Assembly: GCF_006345805.1 (NCBI RefSeq) | Contig: NC_042997.1 | Coordinates: 97,650,001-97,714,000, forward strand | Source: Octopus sinensis | Taxonomy: Eukaryota | DNA length: 64,000 bases | Direction of reading: 5' to 3' | In this document: positions 25,218 through 37,287 of the stretch, in pieces | Layout of the letters: the number at the start of each line of letters is the position of its first letter | Numbering within the stretch: position 1 is the first letter of the stretch | Made by a program: the position numbers and the translations under genes | The notes under the pieces: generated by a model | What the model was told of the DNA's origin: nothing | Databases searched by the model: none | What the model saw: only the letters and a program-made list of their open reading frames with translations

Positions 25218-25262
25218 CGTACATTGACAAGAGGCAAATACCTCGAAACTGCAGTCCGTGCG
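25218..25262 (+). ncRNA. Hammerhead-like motif with U3/A8 core (inverted copy)
   Basis: CGUACA-UUGACAA-GAGG-CAAAUA-CCUC-GAAA-CUGCAG-UC-CGUGCG. Confidence 0.6.
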
Positions 25263-25887
25263 TATCACTTAGGTTTACGAGAGAGGGATGACCTCCCTTT
25301 GCAAATACCATAAGAGCACAGAAAGTGTGCCTAAAGCCAGCTGGAGACGATGATCTCCTGGGGCTAAAAGCTACAGTAATACCCACGCTTAGCGGTTAGC
25401 CATATTGAGAATAAAAAGTAATTTACAATTACAGGGAAGATAGAATTCCTTGCCTTTATCATAAGGGAACGAAATGGAGAGAATCAACCAATCTAAATTA
25501 AATTGTTTATTATGGTATTTTAAATACCAAATTAATTTACTAAGCCCTGTACTGGTACATTTATTCCTATCCCTAAATGTAGAGTATTGATTAGAAATTC
25601 ATTTACATAACTGAGAAGAACTACATATATAAAAAAGACATTGGTACCTGAAGTAATTTTACACTGGTATATAGAGTTTTAAATCTTAGAATTACTTGAC
25701 ATAAACTTAATTCTGTTGGAGTTGAATTCAGAGACAATAACCTGTAATACACGGTTTTTGTCCTTGTGTAGCAACTGTTATTTCTATTGTGTTTACACAC
25801 TCATCTTCGTCTTCTTTTGTAAATTCTCACTGTATATATATATATATATATATATATCTAATATGTGTGCGTGTGCCTGTATGTATG

Positions 25888-25931
<44 letters not shown>

Positions 25932-26087
25932 AAATAGTGGCATAACAAGGCACCAATGTTTGCTGGAAATGGCAGTGGATAATCGTACGAAGCTATATAA
26001 TTCCACCTTTACGGTGTTTTATTTAGCTGGAAAATAATACTATTGTATTTCAATAATATTAATAATTTATGCATACACACACACGCG

Positions 26088-26128
<41 letters not shown>

Positions 26129-26164
26129 ACACATAAGCACATATATATTCATTTATTCTTTTAA

Positions 26165-26390
26165 TCTTTTACTCTTTTACTTGTTTCAGTCATTAGACTG
26201 CGGCCATGCTGGGGTACCAGCTAGAAGTTTAGTGGAACGCATCAACCCCACGGTTTATATTTTTTAAAGCCTGGTACTTTTTCTATCGGTCTCTTATGCC
26301 GAACCGTTAGGTTACGGGGACATAAACACCCCAACCGGTTATCAGTCGGTGATAGTGGACAAACACAAACACAAAGACACTCACACACAC
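26165..26390 (-). mobile_element. SINE 3' half (family of 19197-19572)
   Basis: cttttacttgtttcagtcattagactgcggccatgctgggg...gttacggggacataaacacc. Confidence 0.8.
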
Positions 26391-26405
26391 ATACAGACAC
26401 ACGCG

Positions 26406-26445
<40 letters not shown>

Positions 26446-26799
26446 TATATATATACATACCCGGTAATTCACGGGGTAAAGATGTTCTATTGAAACGCCT
26501 TATTACTCTGGTATAAGAAAGCAATTTCATTATAACTGCCACAAAAGTTGTATTTTCCGTCGCGAAAAAGTACAAAAAACTGTCGGCTGGAGGAAGGAGA
26601 GATTGTTGGAGGATGGCGAGAGAGGTTTTCGGAGATTGGCGAGAAAGTACTCAGACTCATCGTGGCATTTTAAAGGCGAACTTTATGAAGGCTAATTTAT
26701 TAAAGGTAATATATAAATGTAGTATATATGTATATAAATATATGAATGAAATGTTTAATGTTTAAAAATTAAATGAAGAAAATGCAGTAATAACGTTCA

Positions 26800-27110
26800 C
26801 GCTCACTGATGGTCTCTCTAAGTAACTGCCTTTAGCTTACGGAGTTCTTGTTTTTATAACTATCGAAAAGCAGCCAAAAGGATAGATATATTGTTGAGAA
26901 CAAATGATTTCGTTGGAGGTCTGTTATCTCCATTCCAGCTCCTGTTGACCTAGAAGAGGTCAGAAGCGTCAAGTGGCAAAGACATTATTCTGCTTAGGGA
27001 AGGCATCTGGGAAATGTATAACTGCTGTCATTCACCGAAAATCTATTGTTTTACCGCGAGAAAAGCTGTTGAAGTGTTAAGTGAAATTTGAATCAAATCC
27101 ACACAATGCC
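26800..27110 (+). repeat. Dispersed repeat family C, copy 3
   Basis: gagttcttgtttttataactatc...agaagaggtcagaagcgtcaagtggcaaagacattatt. Confidence 0.7.
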
Positions 27111-27169
27111 AGCATGAAACCACTGCAAATATGCTGTGGAATTAAAAAATTATCTACTGTCATGGAAAA

Positions 27170-28335
27170 GTGTAACTGTAAAAATGCAGAATTATCAGAG
27201 TAATGGGCATTCAAAAAAGTATGTATGAATAGGAATGTATGAATGAAGTCTTTAAAGTTTAAGATTCAAATCAAGGAAGTGCAATAAAAATGTTTAGCAG
27301 TAAAAAAACTGAGTAATGAAATGCAGAATTAGGTCAGCTGATCGTGAGAGTCAAATATTGATCGCTTCACTAAAAACTGCAGAGGCTATTGGTTATTTCC
27401 CTTGGGTTGTTTAAATAAAATATTAGTAATATATTGTAGATAGAAGGATTCATTGGAGAGGTCCTATTATTGATTTTTTTCAACAATCTAAGTATGTCAC
27501 GAGGTTTCCAGACACGAGTTCTACTCACGTGTCAAATAAAGTATAAAAGCGATATTGTCTACAAAAATTAGAAATTGGACACACAAAAAGTCAATATTCA
27601 AAGTAATCGAAAATAAACGATGAAACCTATAAAATATTTCTAAATTCGATGGCTCAATTAGTTTCATGAAAATGTATGAAATGTAAACAGCAATAAATAT
27701 TATGAATTGTAAAATAAGTATAAGTGATACAGGGTGTCCCAACTGTATGTGGTGTGGAAGTTTGGTTTAATTTTTAAAGAATTTTAAGCATTCAAAGTAT
27801 GAGTTCATTGCATTGGGACACACTTATTAAATACGTTCTGGAATAGAAAAATTTATGTACTGTCATCGAAAAATTTTAACTGGAAAAATGCAGAATTATC
27901 GGAGCTATGGGCATTGAAAGTGTACATGCATCAAGAAAGTGCAATAATAAGGTTTAGCAGTTCAAAATTGTCAGTAGTGAAATGCAGAATTAGGTCCGCT
28001 GATCGTGAGAATCAAATATTGATCACTTCGCTAAAAACTAACAACTGTACGTTCAGGTGTTATGGGTTATTTCCTTCGAGTGTTTAAAAAAATATTATGC
28101 AGGTGCTATGGGTTATTTCCCTTGGTTGTTTAAAAGATTAGTTATATGAGGTAGATATAAAGATCCCTTCTAGGGGCCGTATTATCGATTTTTTCAACAA
28201 TCTAAGTATGTCCCGAGGTTTCCAGAGAGTTCTACTCACGTGTCAAGTTTCATCAAAATCAATAAAACAATGTAGAAGGAGTTAGCTAACAACGCCACAA
28301 ACACACACAGACCGATTTTCCATATATTAATAGAT
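27170..28335 (+). repeat. Diverged tandem duplication (~27170-27535 and ~27875-28250); second copy has a DINE-1/Helentron-like end
   Basis: aaaatgcagaattatc...gaaatgcagaattaggtc.gctgatcgtgaga...caacaatctaagtatgtc.cgaggtttccaga occurs twice; ends aagtttcatcaaaatc...acacacagaccgattttccatatattaatagat. Confidence 0.6.
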
Positions 28336-28408
28336 ATATATATAACATACATACACACACATACACACACATATATACACAGATACACACACACATACAC
28401 CCCCCCCC

Positions 28409-28459
<51 letters not shown>

Positions 28460-28483
28460 CATATACATATGTACGTATGTATG

Positions 28484-28528
<45 letters not shown>

Positions 28529-28869
28529 CGGGCTTCTTTCAGTTTCCGTCTACCAAATCCACTCACAAGTGTGAGTGTTCGTTTTTATTTAATCAAACCT
28601 TCTGGTGGGGTTGGTGGTGGTGGTCGTCGTTTTTGTTGTACTTTGTTGTTGCTGCTGTTGTTGTTGTTGTTGCTGGTGCTGTTGCTGTTTCTGTTGTTTT
28701 TGCTGCTGTTGTTGCTTCACTATTTTCTTTCCGAAGAGAACCTTAAATAGGACTACATTATCCTATGTGATCTTCCTTATTTAAGACAGCAGAGTGACAT
28801 GGAAAGAGATTTTGCCGCTGTTTCTAACAAGTCGGACAACCATATAGGAGTCTGTCTTGTTGAATGTGT

Positions 28870-28910
<41 letters not shown>

Positions 28911-29179
28911 CGTGCAGGTACATCATGTAGTTGGCATGGCAATAATCATCTCACCTGTACTAAGATTAGAGATTAGTGAAGAGTTTTGATTTGATTAATA
29001 ATGCTGGCAGATTCGTTTTTCTTTCCACTAACACTGCAAACTGTTGCCAAGACAACTTTTGCGTAATTAAGGGTTAATGAATGAGGATTCACGGTGCATA
29101 TGTGTCATATGTCGGATGTGTGTGTGTGTGTGTGCAAACCTATATATGAGTGTGTATATGTTGTATGTGTATTAATATG

Positions 29180-29230
<51 letters not shown>

Positions 29231-29676
29231 GTGTGTGTGTGTGGTGTGAGTATATATTATATATATGCGTGTATGTATGCGTGTGCATATGTATGTATCG
29301 TGTATGTGTATATATATTATATTAATATATATATATATATATAGGCACATGCCATCAGTAATTACTTAGGGTCGGCAGCTGGTAACATTTAGGTAGTAAA
29401 ACACAAAAAAAATAAGCGAAACACAGCGTGACTGGGTTGAAGGCAGATTCACTTCTTTATTAGCACTAAAGAGAATGTTGATGTTGGAATGTACGTAGTA
29501 CGTGTACTACAGCAGTACTGTGCGTAACTTAAATACTATGATTGAAAGGTAGGGGCGAATTATGTTTACCTAATCTACGAGTAAATAAATAAATAAAATA
29601 TTTTGCATTTTATGCATAATAATCAGAGTAACCTTCATAATTTTATTGAATTAGGTGCATATTTTGTCATAAAAAG

Positions 29677-30444
<768 letters not shown>

Positions 30445-30509
30445 TAATATATATATATAATATATATATATTATAGTATCTATATATTATTATATATATA
30501 TAATAATTG

Positions 30510-30651
30510 AAAATGGGATAAGAACGCAAAACAATCCGGACAACTAGTGATACAAAAACGGACAAAAAACATCCATCGTCTATCTGGATGTTTTGTTGTC
30601 CCTTTTTGTATCACCTAGTTGTCGGATGTTTTTGCATTCTTGTCCCATTTT
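30510..30651. repeat. Foldback hairpin of ~65-bp arms (probably inverted Penelope-like terminal repeats)
   Basis: aaaatggga(t/c)aagaa(c/t)gcaaaa...gtgatacaaaaa..aaaacatcca on both strands; the same motif occurs singly at ~16135. Confidence 0.7.
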
Positions 30652-30685
30652 GTACTTCATATAATATATATATAATAAATATATA

Positions 30686-30723
<38 letters not shown>

Positions 30724-30731
30724 TATATATA

Positions 30732-31038
30732 TCACCGTGACCGTGACCAACCAGGCTAGCTATCAGATGTTGCTACATATCGCTGATCACAATGCGCTTC
30801 GCATTGTTTTAGCTTTCAAAGGACGCCACCCTGCTGGCTAAGCGAGTAGGCCAACAGAAGAAACAGTGAGAGAACATAATGGCGAAAGAGTACAGCAGGG
30901 ATCGCCACCCTCTGCCGGAGCCTCGTGGAGGTTTTAGGTGTTTTCACTCAATAAACACCCACAACGCTCGGTCTGGGAATCGAAACCGCGATCCTACGAC
31001 CGCAAGTCCGCTCCCCTAACCACTGGGCCATTGCGTCT

Positions 31039-31040
<2 letters not shown>
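30732..31040 (-). mobile_element. tRNA-derived SINE, third family
   Basis: Head GGAGACGCAATGGCCCAGTGGTTAGG...GGTTTCGATTCCC; tail ggttggtcacggtcacggtgat. Confidence 0.85.
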
Positions 31041-31090
<50 letters not shown>

Positions 31091-31125
31091 TATATATATA
31101 TAATATATATATATATGTATATATA

Positions 31126-31860
31126 CGATGTCTGATCAATAAGTATCCGGTCTGTTGCCATAGAAATGAAGCTAAAGCACGGAGAGCAAAGCCACTTAGC
31201 ACAGATTGACCTTGAACATTGCTGTGCATGTGCACTATGTTTTAATGTTCTAGTACACTTTAATTATTCACAGCGGTGCTTGGAAAATGGTGTGTAGCGC
31301 GTGATCGCCGCATTGACCATGATAGAGAAAGTTGTCATGGCGGTACCTGCTCAGAGACCTACGCAAAATTACAGAAAGTGTACAGAGAGGAATGTATGAG
31401 CTTCACACAAGTATACGAGCGGTTCTGACATTTCCAAGATAGCCGAAAAGTGTCGATGTTGACGAACATTCTCGGAGACCCGCAACCAGCAGAACTGAGA
31501 AAAACATCGCAGATGTGCGTGCAGCTGTTAGCGGAAATCGTCGAATCACCATCCGTAAGTTATCAGAGGATGTGCAGTATAGTTACGATTCAGTTCAGTA
31601 CGTTATCACTGAATACTTGGGTATGAGACGCATGTCTGCCAAGTTTGTGCTAAAACTACTTTCAGGTTTCAGTTGCACAAGGTCTCCTTGATAGTATCGA
31701 GAACGATAAAAACATTTTGAACACTTTGCGTAGGCCACTGAGTAGGTTTCGCCAAGCTTTTGGCAAAATTTGATTCAGAATCTCTGCTCATTTTTCTCTG
31801 TCATGATCAATGCAACCATCACACGCTACACACCGTGCTTCCAAGCGTCCAATGGTCGAA
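31126..31860 (+). mobile_element. Mariner 5' half followed by an inverted second mariner 5' fragment
   Basis: TA|CGATGTCTGATCAATAAGTATCCGG TIR; ETYAKLQKVYREECMS...RRPATSRTEKN...RRITIRKLSED...LGMRRMSAKFV; 31725-31860 minus strand MTEKNEQRF*IKFCQKLGETYS. Confidence 0.8.
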
Positions 31861-32046
31861 GTCAGCCGACAACTGATGAAGGGTTGTTCTTTATGTTACT
31901 TGTCCTGTTTGCCATTTGTCTTTCTCGTTGTTTGCGTATTGAACTCATTTGTTTTCGTATTTTCCTGTTGTTTCCCTGTACCCATATACGCATGTGTGTG
32001 TGTGTGTATATATATATATATGTATATATATTATATATATTATATA

Positions 32047-32077
<31 letters not shown>

Positions 32078-32139
32078 GAATATATTATATATATATGTAT
32101 ATGTATATATATATACATATGTATATGTATATATATATA

Positions 32140-32420
32140 AAAGGGTAAAGACCCCCTTCGGTCATGAATGACCATGGGATTGCACCTAGAAAGTTACCCT
32201 CCTAGACACAAGTCCGGGCAAGGTTGTTATGGAAGGCCAGCAGTCGCCCATGCATACCAGCCTCCCCTCCTCCCACGCCACCAGTGTTATCCAAGGGGAA
32301 AGACAAAGGTCGATACAGCTTGGCAACCAGTGACGTCGCAACTCATTTCTAACAGCTGAGTGAACTGGACAACGTGAAATAAAGTGCCTTGCTCGGAACA
32401 CACACGCAGAGCCCGGTCCG
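32140..32420 (-). mobile_element. 5'-truncated SINE, fourth family
   Basis: gagcaaggcactttatttcacgttgtccagttcactcagctg...atcccatggtcattcatgaccgaagggggtctttaccc; a related degenerate copy lies at ~7930-8070. Confidence 0.75.
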
Positions 32421-32505
<85 letters not shown>

Positions 32506-32541
32506 ATATATATATATATATATATGTATACACACACACAC

Positions 32542-32577
<36 letters not shown>

Positions 32578-32579
32578 TG

Positions 32580-32727
32580 TATAAATAATTTATTTATTAT
32601 TATTTGATTGAATGCCACGCATCCATTTCCAAGTAAGTTTTATAACATCCACACACACACATATATATATGTATATATATATAATAGATACATACATATG
32701 TATATGTATGTATATATATATTATATA

Positions 32728-32767
<40 letters not shown>

Positions 32768-33116
32768 ATATATATGCATATATATATGTAGGTCCCGGGT
32801 TGATTCGGGTTAACCACAGTAAATAGGTACTCAATACATAGCAGAGTAAAATTATTTATTATAAAGGAGCTTCTACAGGACTAGAACTGTTTCATTCAAG
32901 AGAAATCTTCAGGAAGCTAGTTAACAAGAATTGTATTGGCATTTATACATTTAGGCAGGTTTAAAGGGGTGTTTGGTGGGGGACTTTTTGGGGTAGGCAT
33001 AGCGCAAAAAATCATACTTTGGGGAGTGGTCAAGGAGTCAGTGTTTAAATTAGATAGGAGAATATATAAAAAATAAAAAATAAAAATAAAAAAATAAAAA
33101 ATAAAAAATAAAAAAT

Positions 33117-33148
<32 letters not shown>

Positions 33149-33249
33149 AGTAAAAAATAAAAATAGAAATAGAAAATAAAAACATATAAAAAAAATATAA
33201 AAAAATTAAAAAAATAATAAAAAAAAAAATAAAAAAAAAAAAAAAAAAA

Positions 33250-33284
<35 letters not shown>

Positions 33285-34335
33285 GGGGGGAATAGAGTTT
33301 TAGGTAAATAAGGAGATTCTCACTTATACCTCTACACATACACACATATATATACACTCAACACTACCTATACATATCTACACATACACATATATATGTA
33401 TACATACACACACTCACTTGCATACACGTATACACACAATGTATATATACACCACACGACCACACAACATATACACACAGAAAATATATATATACACTAC
33501 ACACACATACTCACATACACGCATACACACACAATCCATACACACACATGCACACACACAGCACACTAGTCCCTATATACACATATATACACATACGCAC
33601 ATATATATACCACCCCACCCACACTACACCTACATACACATATATATACATACATACACATACATATACACATATATATACATACAACACATATATATAT
33701 ATATATACACATATATATACATATGTTACCCATGCATACCTACACTACACACATATATATATACATATACAAATACAGAACCCATTCCCTAATTTTAATT
33801 TTATTATCTTCGTTTATATACTTTTGTTATCTTTGGCCGCTTGGTCACAAACATCTTGGCTATGACAGCCAGACCATTTATCCGTCTACTGGAAAACATT
33901 ACTCATTCACTCACGCACACTCTTTAGCACGTACACTCACTCATTCGTACACTCATACGCATACACGCACGCACCGTTATATTCATACATACATACATCT
34001 ACATACATTCACGTATACACATACGTACGCGTACCTACAGATTCATGTCTACACTCTTAGAAGGCTAGTCTATACATATACAACCAATAAATATAAATAC
34101 ACACACCCACAGTACACCTACATACAATACATACATGTACATAATTATATATAATATATATATATATATATATATTGATATATATAATATATATAATATA
34201 TATATATATATATATACCGCGTACCTACAGATTCATGTCTACACTCTTAGAAGGCTAGTCTATACATATACACCCATAAATATAAATACACACACATACA
34301 TCATTACACCTACATACAATACATACATGTACATA
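32580..34335 (+). repeat. Left arm of a ~1.75-kb inverted duplication
   Basis: Unique blocks (gaatgccacgcatccatttccaag; ggtcacaaacatcttggctatgacagcc; cagattcatgtctacactcttag) recur reversed at 39945-41730. Confidence 0.85.
32868..32918 (-). ncRNA. Type I hammerhead-like motif (GUA triplet), weak stem II
   Basis: AGCUUC-CUGAAGA-UUUCUCUUGAAU-GAAA-CAG-UUCUAGUC-CUG-UA-GAAGCU. Confidence 0.5.
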
Positions 34336-34631
34336 TATATATATATCAGAACACTCCCCAAATTGTATGCATAAAAAGTATGCGAACTACAAGAACTATA
34401 GACCTACCCGGCAACCAGATTGATGACACCCCACCCACAAAACCCCCCCAATCCCACCGTTCCCTATAGCAACCCCCAGCACCCCCGATTACCTTTTCTC
34501 CTAAGACCTTTCACATATTGTATGTGCACGCTTGTAGATGTGTATCGTATATATGTATAGAAATGTATGGGTATAGTAGGATTATACGCATGTATTATGT
34601 GTGTGTGTGCGTGTATGTATGTAAAAAAATA

Positions 34632-34698
<67 letters not shown>

Positions 34699-34706
34699 GT
34701 ATGTGC

Positions 34707-34737
<31 letters not shown>

Positions 34738-35232
34738 TAGATGTATGTATGTATATATGTATATTTGTGTGTATGCATATGTATGTGTATATGTATGTGT
34801 GTATGTATATATAGTGTGTAAGTGGTGTATATATGTAATGTAAGTGTGTGTGCTTTATGAGAATGTATGTATGTTTGCACACATGTATATATATATGTGT
34901 GTGTATGTGTGTGTGTATGTATATGTGTGTGTATGTTATATATAATATATTATATATATATATCTGTATATACATATATATATATTAATATATATATGTG
35001 TATATATGTGTATGTATATATATGTGTATGTGAGTGTGTGTGTATACATGTGTGTATGTGTATGTATGTATGTATATATATGGCGTGTGCATGGGTATAT
35101 GTATAGTACATATGCGCGTACGCTCGTGTGTTTATGTATGTGTAGGTACGTAGAGTTATCTATGTGTGTATTTATATGTACATGTGTAAGTATGTATATA
35201 TATGTATGTATGTGTATGTATATGTATGTGTA

Positions 35233-35295
<63 letters not shown>

Positions 35296-35360
35296 GTGTA
35301 TGTGTATATGTAGGTGTATGTGTGTATGTATATTTATATATGTGTGTGTGTGTATATATG

Positions 35361-35441
<81 letters not shown>

Positions 35442-35655
35442 CTATGTGTGTAAGTTTATTATATGTATGTATCCGTCTATATAATAGGTAACTGCACGTA
35501 CATATACTTAATATTTATTTTTTGAGTATGCATGTATGAATAACTGCGCGTATATATATTTACTATTACTTATTTTGTGAGTATGCATGTTAGTATGAAT
35601 ATATATATATATGTATAGATATATATATATATATATAATATATATATATATATAT

Positions 35656-35900
35656 TCTCTTATTATAAAAGGCAGATTTTATCTGCCTCCCTTTGGGAGT
35701 TATACAAATCTACAATATAGGATTTCTTCAATTACAATTTACCTTGCATTTTTAAGAGTACAAATACATCGCGTCATGCCAGGTCCAGTTTTTAAAATTT
35801 AAACTCCGTTAAAGCAAAATTTACAGAAACTCACATTCTGGTGTGTGTGTCAAATGCTTTTCTTAGTCTGGTTACAGCACACGCAAACGCACACACAGTG
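35656..35900 (+). mobile_element. Helitron-type element 5' fragment (family of 37678-39943)
   Basis: TC start, tcttattataaaaggcagattttatctgcctcc..., same sequence as the 37678 and 38686 starts. Confidence 0.75.
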
Positions 35901-36160
35901 GGCAACGAATAAAATGAAAGTAATTCACTTACTGTATGAGTGATTCTTTCACTCTGCCTCCCACTTCCTCTTTCCACAGAGACAAACCAAATATATAAAT
36001 AAATTATAAGCTACGTGCTTGTGTGTGGTGGGTGAGTGTGGTGTGCGCGTGTGTGTGTGGTGAGGGTGGCGGTGGTGTGTGTGTTGTGGTGTGCGTGTGC
36101 GTGAGTGTGTGACAGGAAAGTTTTTTACGACGAATATACACCTATATCCAAGTAGCAGAA

Positions 36161-36545
36161 AGATAAGACAGTAAGGTGTGATTTGAGGGAGATTTGGCTG
36201 CTATTTCTACCATGTCTAGCTGCCTGTAGGGGTCTCCCTCATAGGCTCATACATACATATATACATAGATAAGACAGTAAGGTGGTGATTTGGGGAAATT
36301 TGGCTGCTATTTCTACCAGGTCTAGCTACCATGTAGGGGTCTCCCTCATGGCTCATACATACTATATACATAGAGAAGACGTAAGGTGTGATTTGGGGGG
36401 AAATTTGGCTGCTATTTCTACCAGGTCTAGCTACCATGTAGAGGTCCCCCTCATTGGCTCATATAGTATAACATACATAAGACAGTAAGGTGTGATTTGA
36501 GGGAGATTTGGCTGCTGTTTCTAACCAGGTCTGTTAGGCCTTCTC
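36161..36545 (+). repeat. Tandem repeat, ~105-bp unit x ~3.7
   Basis: aagacagtaaggtgtgatttg.gggagatttggctgctatttctacca.gtctagct at ~36161, 36267, 36372 and 36475. Confidence 0.9.
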
Positions 36546-36874
36546 ATGTAAACTCAAGCTTTTCTCATGCCTTCAACATATGACCAAGCAGAGAATGTAT
36601 TCTTTTATTCTTCTGCTTTGTCCAGCCATTGGTCTGTGGCCATGCTGGGCAATGCCTTGAAGAATTGTAGTTTAATGAATCAACTCCATTTTTATTTTTG
36701 TAAGCATTGTACTTATTCTATCTGTTTCCTTAGTCAAACCACTAGATTACGGGATGTAGACAAACCAACATTCGTTGTCAGCAGTGGTGGAGGACAATCA
36801 CAGCACAGACACGCACACACACACACATACATGCATACACATATACACAACACATACATACATATATATATATA

Positions 36875-37124
36875 TTGCAGCGTGGAAGGTGTTTGTAAGC
36901 CTTTAAGAAACACAAAAACCGTTACATTCCTTCACATTTAAATTTAATTTGCCAAATATTTTCGTCGCTTTCAGACCCGCGACCTGTTCACTGACAAAAA
37001 TATCGTGCTAACAGGTCGCGGTCTCAAAGCGATGAAAATATTTTGACAAATAAATTTAATGTTGAAGTGAATCTAACGGTTTTTGTGTGTTTCTTAAATG
37101 GCTTATAAACACCTTCACCTGCAA
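36875..37124. mobile_element. Palindromic MITE (~250 bp, ~115-bp arms)
   Basis: ttgcag..gaaggtgttt.taagcc.tttaagaaacacaaaaaccgtta...cgcgacctgtt on both strands. Confidence 0.8.
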
Positions 37125-37287
37125 CTGTTTTCGTTCCAGCACACGATCTCAGATCAAGTCACTTGCTATGCAAGTACATCTCTGTAACTATATATATATT
37201 TATATATATATATATATATATGTATATTGGTAAAACAGTAAGATAACAAAGAAAGAAAGAGACCTCATATTATGTAAATAGAGGAAA

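Larger units (their letters stand above)
24591..25407 (-). mobile_element. Candidate retrozyme: ~354-bp non-coding hammerhead unit as 1.6 tandem copies plus a 5' inverted segment
   Basis: Unit repeats at 24588 and 24942; inverted copy of 24651-24904 at 25160-25410; 15-bp TSD AGAATAAAAAGTAAT at 24576-24590 and 25408-25422. Confidence 0.75.

Noticed and set aside
31872-31900. CTGATGA as a hammerhead core
   Set aside because: No matching stem II or GAAA downstream
36161-36545. CRISPR-like array (also the 115-bp repeats at 39.3-39.7 kb)
   Set aside because: Units repeat over their whole length with no unique spacers; eukaryotic context with no cas genes
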